A stretch of 64,000 nucleotides of DNA, from the NCBI RefSeq assembly GCF_003991155.1, contig NZ_CP031294.1; one strand, written 5' to 3'. Below the pieces are notes generated by a model. The model saw nothing but the letters and a program-made list of their open reading frames with translations, ran no database searches and was not told the origin of the DNA. The stretch is from Escherichia coli (GTDB lineage: Bacteria > Pseudomonadota > Gammaproteobacteria > Enterobacterales > Enterobacteriaceae). Below are positions 9,262 to 19,040 of this stretch, piece after piece. The translations under genes were made by a program, and so were the position numbers. The first letter of the stretch is position 1; the number at the start of each line of letters is the position of its first letter.

Positions 9262-12200
9262 TCATTTGCTAATAGTCTCCGCTACCTCTGCCAGAATTGC
9301 TTCCAGCTTTTCGCCTTCCTCTGGGCGAAAGTACAAAATATTCGGGTTAAATCCGTAGAAAACAGTCACATCCAGCTCCGGCAGATACTCTTTGCGTCCA
9401 ACCAGGTCGGATGGTTTGATCTTGTTGTTGAAGAGCGACGTTGCCCGGCTGCCACACGTCAGCACATAGGTCGGACGCACCAGATTGATCTCTTCACGCA
9501 TAAAGTCGGTGAACTGGCCGATCTCGTCTTTGGTGTAGTCTTTTTCTTTGTCTTTAACCTTCTTGCAAACGCCTGTGACATAGAGATCGCCCATGCGTAA
9601 ATCTCCAGCCGTCAATAGCTTGGCCTTAAAATCGTCGTATCCGTTCTCCATAAAGTAACCGGTTCGAGCATCATTGCCGTTCGCATTGTCCAGAATGATC
9701 ATGATTTTCGGCTTAATACCAATGCTGGGGCGGATTAGTTCATCACCTAAGCCCATTTCAGCCGCCATCCGTGTCATGAGCACGTTAATCTCAGCCGAAC
9801 GTTTGGGGTTCATCTCAAACGGACGAGAGGCTTTAACTGCATCTATGACAAGGTTTCCCATCAATTCAGCCTGGTCGCGGAGGCGCTCTGGATCAGTTGC
9901 TGGCAGACTACCTGGCTCGATGGATGCAAACGCCCCTACTTTTTGCAGCGATTCGCGCACTCGACTATTACAGGCACGTTTCTCGACAGCTTCTTCGAAT
10001 TGCGCAAGTGACTCGAATTTGCCGCCAACCTTTTCTCGCGCTCTCATGATGGCCTGGCAGCCATTCTCAGAACACCCCTTCACAGCAGAGAAGGGCGCAT
10101 ACAGCACCTGGCTGCCATCTTCAAGCGTGCGGATCTCGATTCGGTTAGATGACACGTTAACGTCTGGTGGCAATACGCGAATACCATAGGTCAGCGCATC
10201 TTTAACCAGCCCCTGGTGTTTATCTTCGCCAAGAATAGTGAGAGCAGCAGCGAAAAACTCTGCGGGATAATGAGTTTTCAACCACATAGATTGATAACTG
10301 ATTAAGGAGTAAGCAACAGAGTGTGATTTGTTGAACTGGTAGGCACCATTCTTTTCGAATGCGGTCCAGATCTCCTTCGCTTTCATCTCTGATAGCCCTG
10401 GATGTGACGCTGTAACGCGTACTGCGTTTATAGGTAGTTTTGCACCGAACTCAAGTGCCTCTTCGACAGTTTTCAGAGTTCCGTCTTCGCATTTAAAATG
10501 TTCCGCACGGTGAATGCGCTGTGTAGTGCCATCTTCCAGCTCAACGTCGATCCAGCCAGCTTGAGCCTGAACGATGAACTTCTCACCCATGCTCTTCATT
10601 TTCTCCATGTCTTTTTTGCCGATCGCTTTACGAACGCCGTCAGCTTCAGCCATTGTGAAGCCGGCAAGCAATCGAGTCGCGTTCATCGTCTGTTCCTGAT
10701 AGAGAATCACGCCATTTGTTTCTGCGGTAAGTTCATCAAGAACGGGGTGTAATGATTCCGGCGTCATAAAGCCTTTGGCGACAGAAACATAATCATCCAA
10801 CATGCCTGACTGAATTGGCCCCGGCCGGAAGAGCGCAGTCGTAGCAACGACCGTTTTAAAGCTCATTGGCTCAATTCCACCACCTAAATCTTTAAGCAGC
10901 TTGCGCATTGGGCCTGATTCAAGCTGGAAAACACCTTGAGTGTACCCAGCAGCAAAACCATCCAGCACCTTGCGATCTTCAAGAGAAATGGCATCAAGAT
11001 TGATATCCTCACCTGTGTTCTCTTTAATGTAGCGTTTTGCACTATCGAGCAAATCGAGAGTCGCCAGGCCAAGTACGTCCAGCTTAATTAGGCCCATAGC
11101 CTCGCAGTAACGCTTGTCAAATGCGATACAACGCGCGTCACCACGTCGTTCAACCGGTGTTCGTTCTGTCAGAGGAACACCTGCTACGATCATCCCTGCC
11201 GCATGTCTACCATAGCCACGCATAAGGCTTTGTAACTTGCAGGCTGCATTGAATGCATCAGGATATTTTGTCGCGTATTTGTCGAGGCTTGCCAGTTGTT
11301 CGCGCAGCTCTTCCAATGGAAGGCTATCATCCTCGACGTTCTTCAGTTCTTTTGATACCGCCATATCTGCGGACTCCACACCATAAATACGAGCGGTGTC
11401 ACGTAGTGCAGAGGCCGCGCCCAGGTAGGTGAAGTTCGGAATGCCTGCAACGTAATCTTCGCCGTAGCGTTCATTCAGATACTCGATCACCTCATGGCGA
11501 CGTGCCTGGCTGAAGTCCAAGTCCGCATCTGGCAAGTCGAGACGCTCAGGGTTGATGAAACGTTCAAACAGAAGACCGTGACGGATAGGGTCGACGTTGG
11601 TTATGCCTATGCACCATGCCACCAAAGAGCCAGCGGAGGAACCACGACCAGGCCCGACAGGAATGCCAGTTTCACGGCTGTGATTCATCAGATCGCGTAC
11701 CATCAGGAAGTAACCACAAAATCCCAGGCGAGTAAGCGTGTCCATTTCGTACTTAAGTCGCTCAACATAAACCCTGTTCTCAGAAGCCGGTGGTGTGTAG
11801 CCAAACTCTTTTGTGGTAAGACGTTTACGCAGCCCAGCAACGGCCAGTTTCATCAGCGTTGCAGGCTCGTCGTCTGCCATCTTTGGCAGTGCTGGTGGCA
11901 ATTCATGCCAGCGCCATGTGCAGGCATCGATAATGGTATCCTGCGTTGTTGAGGCCATTGCGGCTGTTACCGGCACATCCATGCGAACGGAGAAGGCTTT
12001 CAGCGCCTCAAGGAGATGGCGGCGACCATTGACGGCGTTATCTCGCTGGTGGGGGATACGCAGACGATGCGGCTGGTCGATTTTGATGTTGTTCGTAACC
12101 ATGTGCGCAATGTCTTTAATGTCTGCATCGTCGATCGATTCGTAATAAGCGGGATAGAACGCTACTGGCTCTATTTTCAGTGCGCTGGCGACTTTCATCG

Positions 12201-12780
12201 CCCGGACGTTAATCTGGTCGTAGAATGGGGTAGGGTGCGGATAAACCACACTATAGAAGTTGTTTTTTCCACCCGCTGTAATCAGTGAGCTTATGATTTT
12301 TGCAAAATCGTTGCGTTGGTACACGCTACCGATGTCGGCAGTGAGCAGGATGATGTTGCCTTTGGCATATGTAGAAACCAACTGTTCGAGCGAGAGACGC
12401 GGTACAAAGTAGAACTGTTCTCGTGTGTTGGCCGCCGTCATTAGTTCGCAGATGTCTCGATATCCCTGCTCATTTTTAATTAGAGCGGTAAAGGAGTAGT
12501 TCCGCCCACGCTCTAATGATTCCATACATCCCATAGACTCTTTAGCAAGTTTAGCCCGGTGCTCGTATGTGGGATCATCAACAATGTTTAGTTTCACACC
12601 ACAAATAACCGCCATGTCGTCACCAGCGGCACGTTGTAGTGGAATAACACTCGCAATATTCATGCTATCTGCCGAAATTACAGCGGTGTAGCCAGCTTCT
12701 CTGGCAATCTTCACCGCGTTTTCTGCTTTTAGAGCCGACTCCCCAAGAGAGAAGTCAGTTCGAACCATCAGAGCCTTCAT
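9262..12780 (-). CDS. dnaE: DNA polymerase III alpha-type replicative polymerase (DnaE family) with N-terminal PHP domain
   Basis: 1172 aa; PHP-like N-terminus and the conserved DnaE core segment GFCGYFLMVRDLMNHSRETGIPVGPGRGSSAGSLVAWCIGITNVDPIRHGLLFERFINPERLDLPDADLDF. Confidence 0.85.
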   Translation of the reverse strand: MKALMVRTDFSLGESALKAENAVKIAREAGYTAVISADSMNIASVIPLQRAAGDDMAVICGVKLNIVDDPTYEHRAKLAKESMGCMESLERGRNYSFTALIKNEQGYRDICELMTAANTREQFYFVPRLSLEQLVSTYAKGNIILLTADIGSVYQRNDFAKIISSLITAGGKNNFYSVVYPHPTPFYDQINVRAMKVASALKIEPVAFYPAYYESIDDADIKDIAHMVTNNIKIDQPHRLRIPHQRDNAVNGRRHLLEALKAFSVRMDVPVTAAMASTTQDTIIDACTWRWHELPPALPKMADDEPATLMKLAVAGLRKRLTTKEFGYTPPASENRVYVERLKYEMDTLTRLGFCGYFLMVRDLMNHSRETGIPVGPGRGSSAGSLVAWCIGITNVDPIRHGLLFERFINPERLDLPDADLDFSQARRHEVIEYLNERYGEDYVAGIPNFTYLGAASALRDTARIYGVESADMAVSKELKNVEDDSLPLEELREQLASLDKYATKYPDAFNAACKLQSLMRGYGRHAAGMIVAGVPLTERTPVERRGDARCIAFDKRYCEAMGLIKLDVLGLATLDLLDSAKRYIKENTGEDINLDAISLEDRKVLDGFAAGYTQGVFQLESGPMRKLLKDLGGGIEPMSFKTVVATTALFRPGPIQSGMLDDYVSVAKGFMTPESLHPVLDELTAETNGVILYQEQTMNATRLLAGFTMAEADGVRKAIGKKDMEKMKSMGEKFIVQAQAGWIDVELEDGTTQRIHRAEHFKCEDGTLKTVEEALEFGAKLPINAVRVTASHPGLSEMKAKEIWTAFEKNGAYQFNKSHSVAYSLISYQSMWLKTHYPAEFFAAALTILGEDKHQGLVKDALTYGIRVLPPDVNVSSNRIEIRTLEDGSQVLYAPFSAVKGCSENGCQAIMRAREKVGGKFESLAQFEEAVEKRACNSRVRESLQKVGAFASIEPGSLPATDPERLRDQAELMGNLVIDAVKASRPFEMNPKRSAEINVLMTRMAAEMGLGDELIRPSIGIKPKIMIILDNANGNDARTGYFMENGYDDFKAKLLTAGDLRMGDLYVTGVCKKVKDKEKDYTKDEIGQFTDFMREEINLVRPTYVLTCGSRATSLFNNKIKPSDLVGRKEYLPELDVTVFYGFNPNILYFRPEEGEKLEAILAEVAETISK

Positions 12781-12958
12781 GTGTTTTTACCTTTCTGGTT
12801 TTTTTGATTTTGTCATTGGGGAAGCCTACGAACTTCCCATACATCGAAATCGCAACTTCTTTTGCTGATTGGTGACAATCGGGCTTGTCTGGACACACCA
12901 GACAAGCCTTGCCAGTTTCAGAAGCAGCGATAAGAGAGCCGAAACATCCTTTACGCAC
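12755..12958 (-). CDS. Small Cys-rich hypothetical protein
   Basis: 67-aa ORF overlapping the dnaE start by ~26 nt; contains CLVCPDKPDC; may not be expressed. Confidence 0.25.
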   Translation of the reverse strand: MRKGCFGSLIAASETGKACLVCPDKPDCHQSAKEVAISMYGKFVGFPNDKIKKTRKVKTHEGSDGSN

Positions 12959-12960
12959 GA

Positions 12961-14196
12961 TTAACCAAATATTTTTTGAACAACTTCACGTGCCGCTTGC
13001 GCAGAAGCTGAAGGGAGTTTGTTAATGAAAGAACGCTCAATACCTGTCACAAAGTCGCCTCGCATCATTCCAATCTTGGCCGACAACAAAAGTTCACGAG
13101 GGCCAATCGGCTGACTGATCAGGTGTTCTTCGTATCCATCGCGAACGATACCGGCAAACTTAACCATCTTTTCAGCGTATTCATCCACGATGCCAGCATT
13201 TATCAACATGTTGATCTCTGCCTCTTTGCTCATGTATTTCACATTCGAAACGATGCCAAAACGCGAAAAGTTAGCGGCGTTCTGGATGTTTGTACCCTGG
13301 TACAAGCCGGTTTCATCACCAGATCCGTTCGTGTTGCCAGTGCCAATGAAAGCAAACCGTTCATGCGGAGTAATGCGACGCCATTCTTGAGTCGCCTCTT
13401 TGATGACCAACGCTTCACCTTCCAGCACTGGCTGATACACGCCAAGAATCTGTGGAAACGCAAAGTCGTATTCATCCGCGAGGTAAACCCAGCCATGCTT
13501 CATTGCGAGCGCAAGCAAGCCAGGCTCGAAATACGTAGAGCCATCACGCGCCAGAATTTGTCCCGTAACATGAGCCTCTTCCATTGATGCTGTATGTTGG
13601 GCACGGATTAACGGACGATTGAGCAAAGCACATAGTTGTGTAGGCAATGAAGATTTGCCTGTTCCTGCATGACCCCACAAATAGCCTGGTATGCCAAGTT
13701 CAAGCATCATGAAAATGTCTTTGATCAGTTCGAAGTCGCCATATACGTATCCCTTCTTCACTTCTGGAACGAACTCTGGAAACGGCGTATTGACGTTGAC
13801 GCTAACCATGAGCGGCGTCCCACGTTTTGTTCCGAGTTCTTTCACCGTTACATTTAGCAGTTCGTGAGCTGCGACCAGATCTGTCTTGTACTCAACTGTG
13901 CCTGTATAGCCTGGGCTATTGGTCACGCCAGATGATTTGGCCATTTCGCTTATTTGCTCGGCACGTTTAGCTTGAATTGCATCAAGTGCCTTTTTCGATA
14001 GCGTTGGCTCATCTGGAAACTGCGTTGTGTACATTTTCAGTACGGTGTCAGGATCGGCATCTTTTACTGACTCAGGAATGCCCTCGCAATTACCATTGGC
14101 TACATGGGACTTAAAATAGTGAAATGATTTTCCGCACCACTTGCAAACAAGGTAATCAGAAGGATTTTTTTCATTTTGCAGTGCAGTAGTAGTCAT
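12961..14196 (-). CDS. AAA+ ATPase, CobS/MoxR-like
   Basis: Walker A GHAGTGKSS, Walker B VYLADEYD, N-terminal Cys/His cluster (CKWCGKSFHYFKSH). Confidence 0.65.
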   Translation of the reverse strand: MTTTALQNEKNPSDYLVCKWCGKSFHYFKSHVANGNCEGIPESVKDADPDTVLKMYTTQFPDEPTLSKKALDAIQAKRAEQISEMAKSSGVTNSPGYTGTVEYKTDLVAAHELLNVTVKELGTKRGTPLMVSVNVNTPFPEFVPEVKKGYVYGDFELIKDIFMMLELGIPGYLWGHAGTGKSSLPTQLCALLNRPLIRAQHTASMEEAHVTGQILARDGSTYFEPGLLALAMKHGWVYLADEYDFAFPQILGVYQPVLEGEALVIKEATQEWRRITPHERFAFIGTGNTNGSGDETGLYQGTNIQNAANFSRFGIVSNVKYMSKEAEINMLINAGIVDEYAEKMVKFAGIVRDGYEEHLISQPIGPRELLLSAKIGMMRGDFVTGIERSFINKLPSASAQAAREVVQKIFG

Positions 14197-14291
14197 GCGT
14201 TTTTCCTTTGTTTTCTAATGAGCTTTCAACTTCTTATATAAATATACCATCAAATATCGTAAGTGATTACTTATCATTAAGGCTGTTCTAA

Positions 14292-16400
14292 TCACTTCAA
14301 AATGATACGAGATAGTTCAGTAACTACAGATGAACCAAGACTATCAACGCTCGTTACCAGGGCATGGTTTGCGTAAAATCTCTCCGGTGCGTCAGTCATG
14401 ATGCCAATTGCCATCAAATCAATGTCAGTCTGCGTTTCAATTTGCTTCGCAACCGAACGCAAATGAGCGTCAAAACCTCTCCCAACAGCCCACGGCGCGC
14501 CATCGCTTAGAACAAGCATGATCTTCTTGTCCTCCATGCGACCAGAAAATAACGATGCAAGGCTGGCTATGCTTTCACCATCCACGTTATTAAGAAGTGG
14601 GAATGTGTAGCCTACGCACCCCATACGTGAGCGAACTTCGCGAGAATTGGCCTTTTCATTCCAATTTTTGATGATAGGTAGCATTAAAGATTCAAAGCGA
14701 GAGAACTCATACTTGATTGCCTTAAGCTCTCCTGCTGCCATATGACTACCAAATGTAGTGAAGCCGGTGATAATGTTGGGAACATTTATTCGATCAAGGG
14801 CATCGGCGATGGTATATGCACTTGCAAGAGCCAATTGTATCGTTATACCACTCATTGAACCTGATAAATCAATCACTTGTTGAACACAGGCGTTAACGGC
14901 TTTAGATTCTTCTTTTTTACGAAACACGCGATCATCATTCATTGCTAATCTGTAGATACTAGAACCATGAATGCGCCCCCGACGCTGGCCCGGTATAAAC
15001 TGAACTCTGTTTCTGCTTGCTATTGCTCGCTCCAGGTCTTTTGCCAGCGTCGACGAAACACCTGACGAAAGATGCTTTTCAATATATTTGTCGAAGAGCT
15101 GGTTGCCTTCAGGAACGATGCGATAGCGGCTGATTGGATATCCTCCTAAATCAATATCGGAGAATGTTTTAATAAGCCGTTTGATATGGGCTTCTGCCTG
15201 ATCAATCGAGCCGATGAAGTCGTATGAGCGATTGTATGGCCTGTATTCGCTTTTCGAGCTTTCTGTTAACTCGCTTTTAATCGTTTCGGATAGAGCATCT
15301 TCTGTCATACCTCCGACTTCATCTTCTATGCTATCCAGCTCCTCTAAAGCCTCTTCCAGACTCATTTTTGACGGAGTTGGAATATCTGAAGAGCCGTCTT
15401 CTGTCGTTTTTCTTTTTTCGTGGTCAGCGGTTAATGATTCTGACGCCGCGTTATCAGAAGCATCAGAATCTGATACCTCTTTATCATTTTCTGTATCATC
15501 GAATATTGTTTCTGATGATTCAGAATTATCTGAATCATCACTGTCGTTATTATCATGTTTGTGCTTACTGTGTGGTTCTGATTTGATAGATTTGTGATTA
15601 TCTAACATTGAGGGTGTCTCATGATCTTCGTTATCTTCATTGTTTTCTCTAGAGGCATCCGTCTGGTCAGCGTCTGAAGGATCGGAAGTTTTTCCCGGAG
15701 CTGACTCCTTACCTTTGCTTTCACTTTCAGTGTCTTTGAGGATCTTAGCTATGGTCGCAGCCACCTTTACACAATCATCGGTGCAAGACATGTTACGCAC
15801 GGCCACATCGATACCATGTTCTTTTAATAATGAAATTGGTTTCTCAATGACAGGCCAATATTCATCCATGAAATCTACGAACGGTGCTTGGCCATCCCAG
15901 GCTCTTACAACCGGACAGAGAAAGAAGTTTAGAAAAAGCGCACGCTGATCTTTGCCACAATAAGCAATAGCCTCTGAAGCCTTTGGTTTAAAGACTTTTT
16001 CGATTATAAGGCGCTGAGTTGCCATCAGATTACGTCTTGTTCCGTTAAAGACCTGACCCATTTTTCGCTCGATGAACACGTCTTCTAAGGCATTCCATAG
16101 CGACCAGGAAGGAACGCGTCCTTTTTCTCTCATTTTGTTGGACACACGAATATCGGTAAACAAAATGTGAGCAACCTCATGATCGAGAAATCCGCGCACA
16201 GCATTCATCAATGCCGGTGTTGCGTTATCCGGGATTGATGGGATGTTTACGAGAATTGGCTCTCCATCATCGTTATAGCGTACATAAGCGTCGTCCCCTC
16301 GTTCTGCAACAGGGATGTTTTTACCTGAAAGGAGAGCGACTACTCGTTTTACACTGTCACGGAAGTCCTGAACCTCTTTGATGGAACGTTTTTTAGACAT
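14292..16400 (-). CDS. CobT-like protein with C-terminal von Willebrand factor A domain and long acidic low-complexity insert
   Basis: 702 aa; ~150-aa Asp/Glu/Ser-rich central segment; C-terminal VWA-like region (DLSGSMSG resembling a MIDAS DxSxS motif); adjacent to the AAA+ partner. Confidence 0.6.
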   Translation of the reverse strand: MSKKRSIKEVQDFRDSVKRVVALLSGKNIPVAERGDDAYVRYNDDGEPILVNIPSIPDNATPALMNAVRGFLDHEVAHILFTDIRVSNKMREKGRVPSWSLWNALEDVFIERKMGQVFNGTRRNLMATQRLIIEKVFKPKASEAIAYCGKDQRALFLNFFLCPVVRAWDGQAPFVDFMDEYWPVIEKPISLLKEHGIDVAVRNMSCTDDCVKVAATIAKILKDTESESKGKESAPGKTSDPSDADQTDASRENNEDNEDHETPSMLDNHKSIKSEPHSKHKHDNNDSDDSDNSESSETIFDDTENDKEVSDSDASDNAASESLTADHEKRKTTEDGSSDIPTPSKMSLEEALEELDSIEDEVGGMTEDALSETIKSELTESSKSEYRPYNRSYDFIGSIDQAEAHIKRLIKTFSDIDLGGYPISRYRIVPEGNQLFDKYIEKHLSSGVSSTLAKDLERAIASRNRVQFIPGQRRGRIHGSSIYRLAMNDDRVFRKKEESKAVNACVQQVIDLSGSMSGITIQLALASAYTIADALDRINVPNIITGFTTFGSHMAAGELKAIKYEFSRFESLMLPIIKNWNEKANSREVRSRMGCVGYTFPLLNNVDGESIASLASLFSGRMEDKKIMLVLSDGAPWAVGRGFDAHLRSVAKQIETQTDIDLMAIGIMTDAPERFYANHALVTSVDSLGSSVVTELSRIILK

Positions 16401-16498
16401 GGCTAATCCTTTGTTATGAAAACAAATTATTTACTAGTGTGTTTAATGTAGCACTGCGCGAACAGGGAACTAAGCCATTCGCGCAGGGAGAAGAGGGG

Positions 16499-16711
16499 TT
16501 AACAGATTCTGACGGCTAAAGACCCGGAGCCGGTATTGAGAAGCGTGAAGCGTTTGTTGTTAAGTTCGAATATAAAGCCAGTTGTGTCATTCACACCAAC
16601 CTGAATCTGCTCATTCGGTAGATCGGTGAGGATGTCAGCTACACACTCAACAGCTAATTTTTGTACGTGTCCGATCTCAAGAGCGATTAGGCTGGAAATA
16701 GTGGTGTTCAT
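16499..16711 (-). CDS. Hypothetical protein
   Basis: 70-aa ORF; weak support. Confidence 0.3.
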   Translation of the reverse strand: MNTTISSLIALEIGHVQKLAVECVADILTDLPNEQIQVGVNDTTGFIFELNNKRFTLLNTGSGSLAVRIC

Positions 16712-16888
16712 TCAATCAATCCATTCTAACTTATACTATGGTAAGGAATACTACTAAAATTTGTATCAATACTGAATACATTCATATCATATGCAAGTTA
16801 CTTTTCTTACCTATTTTGGGCTAATTTTTCTCCGTGCAATGGCCTTTAACCGGTCTTTTAAGTGCCTATCGAAAAAAATGATAATAGC

Positions 16889-16916
16889 TTTACAACCCTA
16901 ACCTTTGATGTAATAT
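16889..16916 (+). promoter_or_regulatory. Candidate sigma70-type promoter for the HTH regulator gene
   Basis: TTTACA, 16-nt spacer, TAATAT, about 45 nt upstream of the ATG at 16963. Confidence 0.4.
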
Positions 16917-16962
16917 CGGTAAGCACTTACCAGAGAGAATTGAACGCGCAAAGGTTGTAACC

Positions 16963-17349
16963 ATGTCTGATAACAAGATTGAATTTATAGAAAGTCGCTA
17001 CGCTGCTTTTATCGCAGGGTTGATTGAATCCTCACCTATGAGCCAGGCCCAGATAGCCAAAACAATTGGGTATAAAAACGCCAACAACCTTTCTTTAATT
17101 AAAAGCGGCAAAATTCCTTTGCCTATCGATAAGGTTCGTCCGCTGGCGCTGGCACTGGGCATTGAGCCAAGTCGTCTTATGATGATGGTGCTGGAAGAAC
17201 GCCAACCCGAACTCGCAGCATTTTTATACAAAGAAGGCACTGCTCCTCTTAACGAGGACGAAAAACAGGTTCTTGCTGCATATAACGAGCGATTCGGTAA
17301 AGAGAAAGGCGCATCACAAAAGGTTGTTGAGGCCATAAAGTCTCTATGA
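16963..17349 (+). CDS. HTH transcriptional regulator (XRE/Cro-like)
   Basis: Helix-turn-helix signature SQAQIAKTIGYKNANNLSLIKSGK; 128 aa; convergent with the recombinase gene. Confidence 0.6.
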   Translation: MSDNKIEFIESRYAAFIAGLIESSPMSQAQIAKTIGYKNANNLSLIKSGKIPLPIDKVRPLALALGIEPSRLMMMVLEERQPELAAFLYKEGTAPLNEDEKQVLAAYNERFGKEKGASQKVVEAIKSL

Positions 17350-18447
17350 AAAATTTACACGAATAAGCTCTGTTGATAGACGATCTCCCTTAAATTTGTG
17401 GTCAATTTCGTCTAAATCCGGTTGCTCTACGATTGATGCGATGTACGTCGAGAAACTTTCTAAGGCGTCTCGCATCTCGTCCATATAATCGTGCCGGTCG
17501 TAGACCCGATCTATCCCCTCAAGACTGTGGTTCATGATTTTACGTGATACCTCCTGGCTTATGCCTAATGCTGGGAAGTAACTACGCGCAGTACGGCGCA
17601 AATCTCGGGGTGTAAATGGCTCAAGCTCCATCAGTTCTGGTCGTTCCAGAATACGACGTAATGCCTGGGCTATTGCCACTTTAGACATAGGAAGGTCTTT
17701 CCCGATTTTTTTATTCGAAGGCACGAGCCACTGGCTGTCTTTACCATATTCGAACAACTCTTCAATACAAGTGCGCATTAATGAGCTTAAAGGCAGAGAA
17801 TGCTCACGGGCAGATTTGTTCCTCTTGCCTTGATTCCAAACCCCACGCTTAAGATTGAACTCACTTTTTTTAGCCCGCAGTACTTCGTCAGGTCGTCTTG
17901 CGGATACAAGACATAGCCTGGCCGCCCATTTTGTACCAGCGCACACATTGAAGTAGTCCCATATATTCCAGAACACCCATACCTCTGCGTCGGTCAGCTT
18001 CCGCTCGCGAGGTGTGGGCTTTGCGCCACCGGCAACTTTGTTAAGTGACATATCGTTTAACGGTGACACGTCTATCATCCCCTGGAAGGCGCACCAGCTA
18101 AGGAACTGCTTCATCAGAGAGAAAACGCGGCGGCCCATAACAATTTTGCCATCCAGTATTAGTGGGTTGACCAGTTGGTTCACCATGAACCTATTAATGT
18201 CACTTACTTTTACATCGGCAATGTGCGGCAAAACATGTATCAAAATACAATGAACAGCGATCTCTGGCCGACGTCTGGTTATCAGCAGAGATAAGCGAGT
18301 GAATAACATGAATGCGTCCGAGAATCTCATGTCATTGCTGACCTGGGAGATCATAACGGCCTGCATTTGAGATGCTCTTTCGAGATACTCTATCGCCTCT
18401 TTTGAGGTGTTCTCCGCAGCGCGTGCTCTGTCAAAGCTATTTTTCAT
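17344..18447 (-). CDS. Tyrosine site-specific recombinase (integrase/resolvase family)
   Basis: Catalytic-domain boxes: ARLCLVSARRPDEV (box I Arg), HSLPL, FTPRDLRRTARS, and HSLEGIDRVYDRHDY with the terminal Tyr. Confidence 0.7.
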   Translation of the reverse strand: MKNSFDRARAAENTSKEAIEYLERASQMQAVMISQVSNDMRFSDAFMLFTRLSLLITRRRPEIAVHCILIHVLPHIADVKVSDINRFMVNQLVNPLILDGKIVMGRRVFSLMKQFLSWCAFQGMIDVSPLNDMSLNKVAGGAKPTPRERKLTDAEVWVFWNIWDYFNVCAGTKWAARLCLVSARRPDEVLRAKKSEFNLKRGVWNQGKRNKSAREHSLPLSSLMRTCIEELFEYGKDSQWLVPSNKKIGKDLPMSKVAIAQALRRILERPELMELEPFTPRDLRRTARSYFPALGISQEVSRKIMNHSLEGIDRVYDRHDYMDEMRDALESFSTYIASIVEQPDLDEIDHKFKGDRLSTELIRVNFS

Positions 18448-18620
18448 ATGACAATCACCGAGTTACGCCGATGCACTGTATAAGTAAACAGTATATTAGG
18501 CATAGATTCTTATAGGATCAAGAGTAAAAGTAACTCATTTTCAGCAATGATTCCATACATAGTAGGTATGGAATCATTTAAGGGAGGAATTTAAATTCTG
18601 AGGCGTTATTAATATGATTG

Positions 18621-19031
18621 TTAAGGGTTAGTGAGAGCTTGAAATGCGGCCGCGTAGGTAGCGATATCGACCATAATTTTTGGATCTTTCGCGTACTGAT
18701 GTGCGTTGTTAGGGAAGATTGCCAATAGGCTATACACATCTTGGAAATGTGCATGTTGACTGTAAACGAGTGCACGGTCGCTTGTGCAATTGAATCTGCT
18801 GCGGCTGCTGGTTCGTTCTTGCTTCGTGAACAAGAGATGAACGTGATAAACGCGGGAGGACACGATAGCACCAGGAGCCGTATACGGGCCATCTTTGCCG
18901 AATATGGCTGGGTACATGCCTTGTTTAAACGACTTGAAATCGTTGAGTAACGTAATCTCTAAGTCAGGCTTTATATCGAAGGTCGGCTTTAAAAATTGGG
19001 CGTAACTATCACTGTTCCATGTGATCTTCAT
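18621..19031 (-). CDS. YafO-like toxin domain protein (putative type II toxin)
   Basis: 136 aa; segments FGKDGPY, VYHVHL and LLAIFPNNAHQYAKDPKI resemble my recollection of E. coli YafO; unverified. Confidence 0.4.
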   Translation of the reverse strand: MKITWNSDSYAQFLKPTFDIKPDLEITLLNDFKSFKQGMYPAIFGKDGPYTAPGAIVSSRVYHVHLLFTKQERTSSRSRFNCTSDRALVYSQHAHFQDVYSLLAIFPNNAHQYAKDPKIMVDIATYAAAFQALTNP

Positions 19032-19040
19032 CGTTCAACC

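Noticed and set aside
9674-12288. Plus-strand ORFs within dnaE (9674-10189, 11494-11952, 11813-12145, 12016-12288)
   Set aside because: Antisense to a well-supported DnaE homologue; no independent signals.
16963-18447. Calling the recombinase/HTH pair an integration module with attP
   Set aside because: No tRNA-adjacent attachment core could be identified, and the plasmid-type Rep/Par genes make a multimer-resolution role equally plausible. Left as a generic tyrosine recombinase.
18578-18892. ORF 18578-18892 (104 aa) overlapping the YafO-like gene
   Set aside because: Alternative frame of the same region; the 18621-19031 frame has the recognisable toxin-like sequence.
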